The notes under the pieces were generated by a model. It ran no database searches. It saw nothing but the letters and a program-made list of their open reading frames with translations, and was not told the origin of the DNA. DNA of 63,994 nucleotides, counting the filler. It is 6 parts of 6 records of this genome, joined end to end, with 100 filler letters (N's around TTAATTAATTAA, not from the genome) between each part and the next. Parts side by side here need not be neighbours in the genome. Positions count along the whole stretch, not along the records: positions 1 to 29,539 come from SRR2962707_1825; positions 29,640 to 36,165 come from SRR2962707_1829; 4 more parts are not named here. One strand, given 5' to 3'. A program made the position numbers and the translations under genes. Numbering within the stretch: the stretch's first letter is position 1; every line of letters starts with the position of its first letter. This document shows positions 19,851-29,985 of the stretch, one piece after another.

Positions 19851-20120
19851 ATGGCTGTTCGCAAAGCTCGTTCTACTCAAGCAAGGGGCAAGCAGATCAA
19901 GAACCCCGATCAGTATGAAGCACTGCGCGACCGGGGCATGAGTAAGTCCAAGGCCGCCCGCATCGCCAACACTCCGAACGCCGGACGCAAGGGCGGCAAA
20001 CAGCCCCCCTATGAGGACTGGACCCGCGAAGCGTTATATCAGCAGGCCAGGAAGGTCGGCATCGAGGGCCGCAGCGGCATGAAGAAGGCGCAGCTCATCG
20101 ACGCGCTGCGCCATCATTGA
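19851..20120 (+). CDS. Small basic protein with a Rho-N-like C-terminal domain
   Basis: YEALRDRGMSKSKAARIAN; WTREALYQQARKVGIEGRSGMKKAQLIDAL. Confidence 0.75.
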   Translation: MAVRKARSTQARGKQIKNPDQYEALRDRGMSKSKAARIANTPNAGRKGGKQPPYEDWTREALYQQARKVGIEGRSGMKKAQLIDALRHH

Positions 20121-20141
20121 CCTGGCGCCGGGGGCGCCGGA

Positions 20142-21092
20142 TCAGTCGATCAGGAGACCGGTGGTCTCGTCGATCCCCAGATGCACGTTCATGTTCTGCA
20201 CCGCGGCGCCGGCGGCGCCCTTGCCCAGGTTATCCAGCCGCGCGATCACGCACTGGCGCTCGCCGTTACCGAACAGGAACAGATCCACCCGGTTGGTGTC
20301 GTTACTGCCCTGAACGTCGAAGAAACCGCCGTTGAGGCCAGCGGGATCGTCCGGGGCGTGGACGCGGATGAACGGCTCGTCGGCGTACCGGTGCCGCAAG
20401 GCCTCATAGAGCTGGCCAACGTCGGTGCCCGGTTTCAGGTGGGACATTTGCAGCGGCACGGTCACCGCCAGCCCTTTGAGGAAAGGGCCCACGGTGGGGA
20501 CGAAGATCGGAGCCCGGGTCAGGCCGGTGTAGCGCTGCATTTCCGGCAGATGCTTGTGCTCCAGGCCGAGGGCGTAGGCGCGCGGCGCCCGCAGGCGGCC
20601 CTCGCTATCGGCTTCGTAGTCGGCGATCATGCTCTTGCCGCCGCCGCTGTAGCCGGTCAGGGAGGTGGCGCTGAGCGGGTAATCCGCGGGCAGCAGACCC
20701 GCATCCACCAGCGGCCGCACCGCCAGAATAAAGGCACTGGCGTGGCAGCCCACGTTGGCGATGCGCTTGCTGGCACGGATGCGGTCACGCTGCCCGGCTT
20801 CCAGTTCCGGCAGTCCATAGACCCAGTCGTCGGCTACCCGGAACGCGGTGCTGGCGTCGATCAGGCAGGTGTCCGGGTTATCCACCATGGCCGCCGCTTC
20901 CCGCGAGGCGGCATCCGGCAGGCACAGGAAGGCCACGTCGGCGGCGTTCAGCAGCCGGGCGCGCTCGGCCGGATCCTTGCGCAGCGCGCTGTCGATGCGC
21001 AGCAGCTCAATGTCCGCGCGCCCTTCCAGGTACTCGAACAGACGCAGACCGGTGGTGCCTTCCTGACCGTCCACATAAACCTTGAATGCCAT
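20142..21092 (-). CDS. argC: N-acetyl-gamma-glutamyl-phosphate reductase (type 2)
   Basis: [30 protein letters not shown] and DNLGKGA motifs. Confidence 0.95.
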   Translation of the reverse strand: MAFKVYVDGQEGTTGLRLFEYLEGRADIELLRIDSALRKDPAERARLLNAADVAFLCLPDAASREAAAMVDNPDTCLIDASTAFRVADDWVYGLPELEAGQRDRIRASKRIANVGCHASAFILAVRPLVDAGLLPADYPLSATSLTGYSGGGKSMIADYEADSEGRLRAPRAYALGLEHKHLPEMQRYTGLTRAPIFVPTVGPFLKGLAVTVPLQMSHLKPGTDVGQLYEALRHRYADEPFIRVHAPDDPAGLNGGFFDVQGSNDTNRVDLFLFGNGERQCVIARLDNLGKGAAGAAVQNMNVHLGIDETTGLLID

Positions 21093-21211
21093 TTTCGGAT
21101 CTCCCGGTGAAACAGACCGCCAAGCCTAAGTATCCGGCGGGGCGCTTGCAACGGACAGGTTTATTTTCCGCGCTTTCCGCCCCCGATCTCAACCGGCGGC
21201 CTTCGGGCTCG

Positions 21212-22435
21212 CTAAGCGGCAAGGTCCCCGGCGGGTCCGAAGAACTCGAAATGGATGTCGGCGTCCTCCACGGCGCGCTGCTTCAGCAGCCGCCAACCGT
21301 GCTTCAGCATTGGCGCCGGGCCGCATAGGTAGAATTCCGCGTCCTGGTCTCCGATCAGTTGATCCAGCAGAGCGGAATCCAGCAGGCCCTCACTGTCATG
21401 AAGCGCCCGGATACGGTCCTCATCAGTAGCCTCGCTGAAGCGTACATGGACGGTCAGATTGGGATACTCCCCACGCAGCGTGGCCAGTTCCCGCTCGAAC
21501 GGACGCACCGCTCCGTTAAGGGCGCACTGAATAAAGATCACTTCCCGGTCAGGCTGCTGCTCCAAAGCCGCATAGAGCATGGACAGGATCGGCGTGATAC
21601 CGACACCGCCGGCAATCAGGACCAGCGGCTTGCCGGCCTCCGCGACGGGGGTCAACACAAACTCACCGCAGGGCGGCGCCAGTTCCACCACATCGCCTTG
21701 CGCGATTCGGTCATGCAAATAGTTGGAGCAAACACCGTCCGGGGCCCCGGCGTCACAGGCCAGCTCCCGCTTCACGCTGATCCGGTAGTGCTCCGAGCCC
21801 GGCCGGTTGGACAAACTATAGTTGCGCATCACCGGCACACCGTTTTCAGGCGTGACACGCAACGTCACGTACTGACCGGGCTGATGGGGTTGTAAAGGTT
21901 GGCCGTCTTCAGGGACCAGATACAAGGAAACGATATTGTCGCTGGCAGCTTCCCGTTGCCGGACGACGAACCGCTTGAAGCCTTGCCAGCCATGGACCTC
22001 GGTCTGGTGGCGGTAAATCTCACCTTCGCGTTGAATAAAGAGATCCGCCAATGCCCCGTAAGCCGCCGCCCACGCATCAATGATCTCATCCGTGGCCGCT
22101 TCGCCCAACACTTCCCGGATCGACGCCAGCAGGTTCTCTCCCACGATCGGATAATGCTCGGCCTGGATGCCCAGAGAGACATGCTTCTGGGCGATCAGTT
22201 CCACCGCTCCCGCCAGCATGGCCGGGTTTTCGATGTTCCGTGCGTAGGCGCATATGGCGGCCGCCAGCGCGCGCTGTTGGGTTCCCGCATGCTGATGGGC
22301 CGGATTGAAGAACGCCAGCACCTCCGGGTTTTCCCGGAACATCCGTTGATAAAAGTGGCGCGTCAGCACCTCACCATGGTCCTCCAACACGGGAACGGTT
22401 TGTTTGATGATCTCCATCTGGGCCGCTGACAGCAT
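21212..22435 (-). CDS. hmp: Flavohemoglobin (NO dioxygenase)
   Basis: Globin domain (FYQRMF, IAQKH, HYPIVG), RNYSLS, GGVGITP, YLCGP, HFEFFGP. Confidence 0.96.
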   Translation of the reverse strand: MLSAAQMEIIKQTVPVLEDHGEVLTRHFYQRMFRENPEVLAFFNPAHQHAGTQQRALAAAICAYARNIENPAMLAGAVELIAQKHVSLGIQAEHYPIVGENLLASIREVLGEAATDEIIDAWAAAYGALADLFIQREGEIYRHQTEVHGWQGFKRFVVRQREAASDNIVSLYLVPEDGQPLQPHQPGQYVTLRVTPENGVPVMRNYSLSNRPGSEHYRISVKRELACDAGAPDGVCSNYLHDRIAQGDVVELAPPCGEFVLTPVAEAGKPLVLIAGGVGITPILSMLYAALEQQPDREVIFIQCALNGAVRPFERELATLRGEYPNLTVHVRFSEATDEDRIRALHDSEGLLDSALLDQLIGDQDAEFYLCGPAPMLKHGWRLLKQRAVEDADIHFEFFGPAGDLAA

Positions 22436-22446
22436 GGCACCTCCTT

Positions 22447-22495
22447 AAGGCACATTAAAAATACATCTTATAAAGAAGTATATTATGTACATCTT
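22447..22495. promoter_or_regulatory. Two tandem NsrR-like boxes upstream of hmp
   Basis: AAGGCACATTAAAAATACATCTT (22447-22469) and AAGAAGTATATTATGTACATCTT (22473-22495) resemble AAGATGYAT-N5-ATRCATCTT. Confidence 0.75.
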
Positions 22496-22611
22496 TAACA
22501 TAAATCAAGTTCGCCCCGCCGCAGCCAGGCGCTTGACTTTCCGTGGTTCCGCCGACACCGTATTTCCCGCTCACCTCAAGCAAACTCTTTCCACCCTCGG
22601 CAGTGACCGCC

Positions 22612-23757
22612 ATGCCCCAGTCCGGCCCTCTGACACTCTACCGCCAGGCCTTGAAGGATGGCTTCACCATGGACTCCGGCCAGGAACAGGCCGTGATCGC
22701 GCTGCAACAGTGTTTTGACGCTTTGAAACGGGGCGAACGCCCCGCCGGGCTCTATCTTTGGGGACCGGTGGGCCGTGGCAAAACCTGGCTCATGGACCAG
22801 TTTCATCACAGTCTTTCGGTCCCGGTCCGCCGCCAGCATTTCCACCATTTCATGCAATGGGTGCATCGACGCTTGTTCCAATTAACCGGCCACGGCGATC
22901 CGCTTCGCCACTTGGCGAGGGAGCTGGCCGGTGAACTGCGCGTGCTCTGCTTCGACGAGCTGTTCGTCAGCGATATCGGTGACGCCATGCTGCTGGGGCC
23001 GCTATTTGAAACGCTCATCGACGCCGGGCTGACGCTGATCATCACGTCCAACTGCGCACCGGAACATCTGTATCAGGATGGTTTTAACTATGACCGCTTC
23101 GCCCCCGCTGTCAGCGCACTACAGCAACATCTCAAGGTGCTCCGGGTGGACGGCGGGCAGGACCACCGGCTCCGTGCCGGCAACGCCTTTTCCCGATACT
23201 GGATCGCGGATCGCGAGCCGCTGGAGGGCGCCTTCCTGGACTATCTCGAAACGGGAGAATCGGCTACCGACACCCCCTGGACGTTGGAGCGGCGCCTCTT
23301 GCCGGTGGTCCGGCGTGGGAAACACGCTCTCTGGTCCACCTTCGCTCAACTCTGTGAAACACCCCGGTCCAGCTCTGACTACATGGCGCTTTGCAGCCAT
23401 TTCCAGGCGCTTTTTCTCAGCGATGTGCCGGCCCTGGGTGGCAAACCGAAGGCATCCGGCATCGCCCGTGGCACCGAGGACGCCGCCAGCCAGGTCGCCG
23501 CTGGTGACCGGGCGCTGCCGGCTCTGTCCAGACATGACGACGCCGTACGCCGGCTGATCGCCCTGGTGGACGAATGCTATGACCGCCTTTGCCCGCTCTA
23601 CGTGCACGCCGATGTATCGCTGGACAGGCTCTACACGGAAGGGCATCTGATCTTGCCCTTTCAGAGAACAGTGAGCCGGCTCCATGCCATGCAGACCTGG
23701 CCGCACCCTTCGTCGGACCCGGGAAGCGGCCAGACAGAGAGACTCACTCTCCCTTGA
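22612..23757 (+). CDS. zapE: ZapE/AFG1-family ATPase
   Basis: [28 protein letters not shown] and QRTVSRL motifs. Confidence 0.9.
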   Translation: MPQSGPLTLYRQALKDGFTMDSGQEQAVIALQQCFDALKRGERPAGLYLWGPVGRGKTWLMDQFHHSLSVPVRRQHFHHFMQWVHRRLFQLTGHGDPLRHLARELAGELRVLCFDELFVSDIGDAMLLGPLFETLIDAGLTLIITSNCAPEHLYQDGFNYDRFAPAVSALQQHLKVLRVDGGQDHRLRAGNAFSRYWIADREPLEGAFLDYLETGESATDTPWTLERRLLPVVRRGKHALWSTFAQLCETPRSSSDYMALCSHFQALFLSDVPALGGKPKASGIARGTEDAASQVAAGDRALPALSRHDDAVRRLIALVDECYDRLCPLYVHADVSLDRLYTEGHLILPFQRTVSRLHAMQTWPHPSSDPGSGQTERLTLP

Positions 23758-24658
23758 GTTCCTTCAACTTTTGTTCCAGCTCGGCAATCTTGCGGCGCGC
23801 TTCATCGCCTTCAGGAATGTCGCGGCCGCTGTCACGCCATTCGATGGCTGCCTTGAACCCTTCGGTCTGAGCATAACGACGGAACCAGAGACCTTCCGGA
23901 TTGTGTCGGGTGATGCCATCGAACACCGTGGCCAGCATCTGGGTCTGCTCCAGGCCCATGGTCAGCATGACCTGATTCACCACCAGTTTGTGCATGCTCA
24001 GATGGCTGCTTGGCACCCCGGCAATGCGCCCCGCCACTTCCATGGTCTTGGCGTCCAGTTCCTCCTCCGGCACCACATAGTTGGCCAGGCCCCATTCACC
24101 AGCCTGCTTGCCGGAAATCAGATCCCCGGTGAACATCATCTGCTTGGCCCGGACAGGCCCAAGCCGATAGGTCCACATGGCGGTCGTCGGGCATCCCCAG
24201 ACCCGGGTGGGCATGTAACCGATACGGGCATTCTCGGCCATGATCATCAGGTCACAGCACAGCGCGATATCACTTCCGCCGGCGGCGGCGGCGCCATGAA
24301 TCTTGGCGATGGTGGGTTTACGGGACCGCCACAGGCTCATGAAATCCTCGGTGTTCCGCTTCATATGGGCGTAGTCGACCATGGGATCCCAGGGCATGGC
24401 TTCCTGCTGACAGGGATTCTCTCTTTGTGATTCAGCGTAGTAGGTCAGATCATAACCGCCACAAAACCCTTTGCCGGCGCCTTCAACGACAATCACGTGG
24501 ACCTGGTCGTTCTCTTCCGCCCACCTTACCGCGCGCCGGATATCGTCACCGGTTTCATCGATGATGGCATTGAGTTTTTCCGGACGATTGAGGAGCAGCC
24601 GGGCGATTCTTGGGTTTTTCTCATCCTGGGAAATCCGGACGGTTGTCAATTCCAGCAT
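23744..24658 (-). CDS. Crotonase/enoyl-CoA hydratase superfamily protein
   Basis: [16 protein letters not shown] and KPTIAKIHG...GG...ALCCD motifs; start placed after the GGAGA RBS. Confidence 0.9.
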   Translation of the reverse strand: MLELTTVRISQDEKNPRIARLLLNRPEKLNAIIDETGDDIRRAVRWAEENDQVHVIVVEGAGKGFCGGYDLTYYAESQRENPCQQEAMPWDPMVDYAHMKRNTEDFMSLWRSRKPTIAKIHGAAAAGGSDIALCCDLMIMAENARIGYMPTRVWGCPTTAMWTYRLGPVRAKQMMFTGDLISGKQAGEWGLANYVVPEEELDAKTMEVAGRIAGVPSSHLSMHKLVVNQVMLTMGLEQTQMLATVFDGITRHNPEGLWFRRYAQTEGFKAAIEWRDSGRDIPEGDEARRKIAELEQKLKELKGE

Positions 24659-24693
24659 GATTCTCTCCAATAAGGGGGTTTTCGACTTCTTGA

Positions 24694-24713
24694 CAGTCAG
24701 TCATGACTGACTG
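24694..24713. promoter_or_regulatory. Perfect 20-bp palindrome, likely the TetR operator
   Basis: CAGTCAGTCATGACTGACTG between the divergent crotonase and tetR genes, overlapping TTGACA at 24690-24695. Confidence 0.8.
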
Positions 24714-24748
24714 CAAAGTATCACCCTGGATTTCGGAGTGCAAACTCA

Positions 24749-25345
24749 ATGAAGACCTCAACGTCCAAGGCACGGCCTTCCCCTTCCTTGAAGGACCGGA
24801 TTACCGACGCGGCGGTGGCATTGCTGATCGATGAAGGCGTGGCAAGAACCACAACGGTGGCGGTTCAGAAACGGGCGAACGTGAGTCGCGGAGCCCTGCT
24901 TTATCACTTCCCGAGCAGAGCGGAATTACTCGCCTCCACCATCGAGAGGCTGGTCCGGATGAACGAGCAACAGATCAATGAATCCTTTCTGAGCTGCTCG
25001 GACCCGGCCGAGGACGTGGAAAAAGCGCTGATCGCATTAAGCGACAACATGGCCCGCCCCTCGTATCTGGCTGAAATGGAACTGTGGGCGATCTCACGAA
25101 ACGATCAGGAATTACGCGACGCCCTCTACCAGGCGGAAAAAGCCGCCCGCTTTGATCTGGACCGGGTGGTCGGGAAGCTCCTTGAATGCTGGAAAAAGCA
25201 CGAAAATTATCAGCTTCTGGCGGATCTGAGCGTGGAGTTCCTCAGAGGCGTGGCCTTTTCCGACATCCTGAGAAAACGGCCCGAGTACCGATGGCGAATG
25301 ATTTCGTTGTGGGTTGAAGTGATCAAAAAATCACTGGAAACCTGA
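24749..25345 (+). CDS. TetR-family transcriptional regulator
   Basis: ITDAAVALL...TTTVAVQKRANVSRGALLYHFPSRAEL HTH. Confidence 0.93.
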   Translation: MKTSTSKARPSPSLKDRITDAAVALLIDEGVARTTTVAVQKRANVSRGALLYHFPSRAELLASTIERLVRMNEQQINESFLSCSDPAEDVEKALIALSDNMARPSYLAEMELWAISRNDQELRDALYQAEKAARFDLDRVVGKLLECWKKHENYQLLADLSVEFLRGVAFSDILRKRPEYRWRMISLWVEVIKKSLET

Positions 25346-25433
25346 GCACCGTCACCGAAAGCTCTTTTCGTCTCAGTTCGGGCGGGTTGGCAATCCATCC
25401 TCATTTGAAAACAAAGAAACAGGAGACGAATCG

Positions 25434-27212
25434 ATGAGCCAGGCTATTCCTCATGACGACACTGAGGCCGCCAAACTGCTTGAACAGGCTCCCAGCCCGC
25501 TGGCTTTGCTGCGCCGGACCGCAGCCCGGCGTCCGGATCATCCCGCGCTGATCTATCTGCGCGATGCCAGCGACCCACAACCCGCGACACTCACTTATGG
25601 TCAGCTACTCGAGGAAGTGGAAACCCTTTGCCGGGCACTGAAAGCACGAGGCGTCAGTCAGGGGGACGGTATCCCCATACTGCTGCCACTGGTTCCTCAA
25701 GCGGTCTCCAGCCTGATTGCCGCCCTCACCGTGGGCATCGCTTTCCCGGTGAATCTGTTGTTGTCTCCGGAAGCGTTGGCCGCCCAGTTCAAACTGGCCC
25801 GGGCCAGGGAGGTCATTGTCATGGGGCCTCACCCCGCCCTGGATGTCCGCGAGCGGGTCGGCGCCGCCATCGAATTACTGGCTCGCGAGATCAACCTGGT
25901 CGAGGTGGCGCTGGGAGAGCCGACTTCAGACTCGTTTTCCTGGGCACGGCTGCTTGCAGCCGGCAATACTGATTCACCTGTTGAGGATTTTCCCGAGGCA
26001 CCGGCGGCGCTGGTTCATACTGGCGGCACCACCGGCGCCCCCAAACTTGCCGAACTGACGCAGCGCAATCTGGCGGCCGGCGCTATCATGGCCGCCTCGG
26101 CGCTCGGATGGCGGGAGAACGATCGCATTCTTACCGGGCTGCCTCTGTTTCACGTCGGCGGCTCCGTCGACATGCTGCTTTCCGGCATCGCGGCCGGCGC
26201 CACGCTGATGTTTCCTACCGCCCTGGGCCTACGCAATCCAGAAGTCATCAGCCGCTTCTGGCCTTTGGTGGACGAGACCCGGGCGACCCTTGTCGGCGGA
26301 GTACCGACCATGCTCTCGGCGATGGTATCCAGCCCACGTGCCGGCTCGACACTGAGTACATTACGAGGGTTCGTAACCGGCGGCTCGCCACTGCCCGCCG
26401 AATTGAAGCGGAAGGTGGAAGAATTCAGCGGCAAACCGGTGTGCCAGCTCTATGGCCAGACCGAAACCGCCGGCATCACCACCGCGCAAAGCGCTGATGG
26501 AAGTTATCACCCGATCCGTGGCGGCAGGCCCATTCCCATGATGAAGGTGGCGATTGGCGGCCCGAACGGCAGCTTCCAACCCGGCGACACCGGTGAAGTG
26601 TTCGTGTCCGGTCCCAATGTCTTTCTCGGCTACCGCACCAACGACGGTATTCAGGGCGGCCCGGCCGATGGCTGGATCAGCACCGGAGATCTTGGCGAAG
26701 TCACCGAGGATGGCGATCTGCGGTTAGTCGGCCGCAGCAAGGAAATCATCATCCGTAGCGGGCACAATATCGACCCACTGCTGATCGAAGAAGTAGCCAT
26801 GGCGCACCCGGCCGTGGCACAAGCTGCCGCGGTCGCCATGCCCGATGCCTATGCGGGGGAACTCCCGGTTCTGTATGTCGCTCTGACACCAGGAGCGCAA
26901 GTCAGTCCCGAGGAGCTCATCGCGCATACGGGTGAACGCATCGCCGAACCGCCTGCCCGGCCAAAGCACGCCTTTATCCTTGAGGAAATGCCACTCACTC
27001 CCGTCGGGAAAATCGCCCGCTATAAACTCAAGCAAATGGCCACCGAGCATCAGGTTGGTCGCGCCCTCTCTTCCATCGATACCTTGGAGAAAGTGACCTG
27101 TCAGGACAATGGTGCCAGACAGGTGGGTTTGTACTGGAAGCAGAAACCGACAAGCGAGCAGCGGAAACTTGCGGCCACAGTACTGGCCGATCTGGGGCTT
27201 GATCAGGTGTAA
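25434..27212 (+). CDS. AMP-binding acyl-CoA synthetase
   Basis: HTGGTTGAPK, YGQTE, TGDLG, GRSKE and PLTPVGK motifs. Confidence 0.92.
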   Translation: MSQAIPHDDTEAAKLLEQAPSPLALLRRTAARRPDHPALIYLRDASDPQPATLTYGQLLEEVETLCRALKARGVSQGDGIPILLPLVPQAVSSLIAALTVGIAFPVNLLLSPEALAAQFKLARAREVIVMGPHPALDVRERVGAAIELLAREINLVEVALGEPTSDSFSWARLLAAGNTDSPVEDFPEAPAALVHTGGTTGAPKLAELTQRNLAAGAIMAASALGWRENDRILTGLPLFHVGGSVDMLLSGIAAGATLMFPTALGLRNPEVISRFWPLVDETRATLVGGVPTMLSAMVSSPRAGSTLSTLRGFVTGGSPLPAELKRKVEEFSGKPVCQLYGQTETAGITTAQSADGSYHPIRGGRPIPMMKVAIGGPNGSFQPGDTGEVFVSGPNVFLGYRTNDGIQGGPADGWISTGDLGEVTEDGDLRLVGRSKEIIIRSGHNIDPLLIEEVAMAHPAVAQAAAVAMPDAYAGELPVLYVALTPGAQVSPEELIAHTGERIAEPPARPKHAFILEEMPLTPVGKIARYKLKQMATEHQVGRALSSIDTLEKVTCQDNGARQVGLYWKQKPTSEQRKLAATVLADLGLDQV

Positions 27213-27482
27213 AAACGCCCCGTTGCTGGTCACCGCTAGGGAAGATGGCGATTTCGCATCTTCCCTCCCGCCCATGCTTTATCCGGCCTCCGCCTGATAG
27301 TATCGATTGCCGGCCAGCGCGCCCTCGTCGCCACATCGCCAATAGTGGCCCGGTGTTCCGTTTGTTATGCTTCATCGTTCGCTTCGCTCCGACACGAGCG
27401 CCCCTGTTTCAAGCAAGATCACGCAAGTCTTGAACGGCATGGCATGGCCCAAAACGCCAGAAATCGAGGATCAAACGCAGAT

Positions 27483-29539
27483 ATGGCAAAGGAAGATCTA
27501 TCCGGCCACACCCCGATGATGCGGCAGTATCTTGGCATCAAGGCCGAGCACCCGGACCAGTTGGTGTTCTACCGCATGGGGGATTTTTATGAGCTGTTCT
27601 TCGGCGATGCGCAGAAGGCGGCACGGTTGCTGGACATCACGCTGACCCAGCGCGGGCAAAGCGCGGGCAAGCCGATTCCGATGGCGGGGATTCCGTATCA
27701 CGCGGCGGAAGGCTATCTGGCACGGTTGGTGAAGCTCGGTGAGTCGGTGGTGATCTGCGAGCAGATCGGTGATCCGGCCACCAGCAAGGGGCCAGTGGAA
27801 CGCAAGGTGGTACGCATCGTCACCCCGGGGACCGTGAGTGACGAAGCCTTGATGGAAGAGCGCCGCGACAATCTGCTTTGCGCTTTGTGCGAGGACGGCC
27901 CCCGTGTGGGCGCGGCGGCGCTGGATGTGGCCGCCGGCCGTTTCGTGGTGACCCAGGTGGAAGGCCAGGAGCAGTTGCAGGCGTTACTCGAGCGCTGGCA
28001 GCCGGCGGAGTTGTTGCTGAGCGAAGCACACGGTTTTCCGACGGCCTTGACGGAGCGCCCCGGCAGCCGGGTCCGGCCGGTGTGGGAATTCGATGAGGAA
28101 GCAGCGCGGCGGCAGCTGTGCAAGCAGTTCCAGGTGCAGGACCTGTCCGGCTTCGGGCAGCCGGCGGGCGCCGCGGTGGCCGCCGCCGGCGCGCTGTTGC
28201 AGTACGCCCGCGATACGCAGCGTAGCGCCCTGCCCCATGTCACCGGTCTGGCGGTGGAGTCGTTCGACGACAGCGTGGCCATGGACGCCGCCACCCGCCG
28301 CAATCTGGAACTGACCGAAACGCTGGATGGCCGGGAGCAGCATTCCCTGGCCTGGGTATTGGACAACACCACCACCGCCATGGGCGCGCGCCTGCTGAAG
28401 CGCTGGGTGCACCAGCCATTACGTGACCGCGCCGTGCTCAATGGCCGCCAGGATCGTATCGATGCCTTGCGTGACGGCTGGCGTTTCGAGGCGCTGCGCC
28501 AGGTGCTGGATCAGATTGGCGATATGGAACGGATCCTCGGCCGGGTGGCGCTGCGCTCCGCCCGCCCCCGCGATCTGACCCGCCTGCGCGCCAGCCTGGA
28601 AGCGCTGCCGGCCTTGCACGCGGCCTTGCCGGAATCCAACGCCTTCGCCGAAGCCCATGAGCGCTTGGGCGAGTTCCCGGAACAGTGCGAATTGCTGGCC
28701 CGGGCCGTGATCGAGAATCCGCCCATGCTGATCCGCGACGGCGGTGTCATCGCTCCCGGTTACAGCGAGGATCTGGATGAGTTGCGCGCCATCAGTGAGA
28801 ACGCCGGCGCGGTGCTTGTGGATATTGAAAAGCGCGAGCGCGAGCGCACCGGCTTTGCCACTCTGCGGGTCAAGTACAACAAGGTCCACGGCTACTATAT
28901 TGAGCTGTCCCGCCGCGAGGCGGAGCAGGCGCCGGTGGACTATCAACGCCGGCAGACCCTGAAGAACGCCGAGCGCTTTATTACGCCGGAGCTGAAGACC
29001 TTCGAGGACAAGGCGCTGTCCGCGTCCAGCAAGGCGCTGACGCTGGAAAAACGGCTCTACGAGGAGTTGATCGAAACGGTGGCGGCGCATCTGGGTCCGT
29101 TGCAGGTTTGCGCCTCGGCGGTGGCCGAACTGGACGTGCTGGCGACCCTGGCCGAACGCGCCGAGGCGCTCGGCTGGGTACGGCCGCAATTACTGGAGAC
29201 ACCACTGCTGGAGATCGTCGACGGCCGTCACCCGGTGGTGGAACAGGTACAGGAAGAGGCGTTCGTGCCGAACAGCCTGCACCTGGATGATCGCCGCCGC
29301 ATGGTCGTCATCACCGGTCCGAACATGGGCGGTAAATCCACCTATATGCGTCAGACCGCGTTGATCGCGCTGCTCGCTCACATCGGCAGCGCGGTGCCCG
29401 CCGCCAGCGCCCGCATCGGGCCGCTGGACCGGATCTTCACCCGCATCGGCTCCTCCGACGATCTGGCCGGCGGCCGCTCCACCTTTATGGTGGAAATGTC
29501 GGAAACCGCCAACATCCTCAATAACGCCACGCCGGAAAG
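27483..29539 (+). CDS. mutS: DNA mismatch repair protein MutS (truncated at contig end)
   Basis: [29 protein letters not shown] and STFMVEM motifs. Confidence 0.98.
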
Positions 29540-29639
29540 NNNNNNNNNNNNNNNNNNNNNNNNNNNNNNNNNNNNNNNNNNNNTTAATTAATTAANNNNN
29601 NNNNNNNNNNNNNNNNNNNNNNNNNNNNNNNNNNNNNNN
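29540..29639. other. Artificial contig linker
   Basis: N44-TTAATTAATTAA-N44; stops in all six frames; composition changes across it. Confidence 0.98.
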
Positions 29640-29712
29640 GAGAGAGAGAGAGAGAGAGAGAGAGATCACTCACTCACTCGCACACACACTCGCACACACA
29701 CGCACACACTCC
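29640..29712. repeat. (GA)n followed by CACT/CA microsatellites at the contig end
   Basis: Seen directly. Confidence 0.9.
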
Positions 29713-29985
29713 TCCCTCCTCTCTCACGCCTTCCTTCCTCGCGCTTCACTCTCCGTGCCGTGGTTGCAGGGCGTGAAAGTGATTCCTGCTTTTTCGTGCC
29801 AGCAGCATTCTTCTCCCCGTTTATATTTGCCGGTATTTGCTGGTGATTTTAATAAGAGCGATAGCGAAATTAGAAATTAGCGTTGCGCTTTTGATATCTC
29901 TCCGGCACCGATCGTCATCAGCACTGTCCGTCTTTCTGAACGCCCTCGACCTGCTTTGGCGAACCTAAGCCCCCTGTCTGTGGAC

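Noticed and set aside
29584-29595. TTAATTAATTAA palindrome recurring five times in the window
   Set aside because: Always centred in identical N-runs, so it is an assembly or concatenation linker, not a biological repeat.
29540-29700. Apparent bacterium-to-eukaryote junction suggesting horizontal transfer
   Set aside because: mutS is simply cut at a contig end; the adjacency is artificial.
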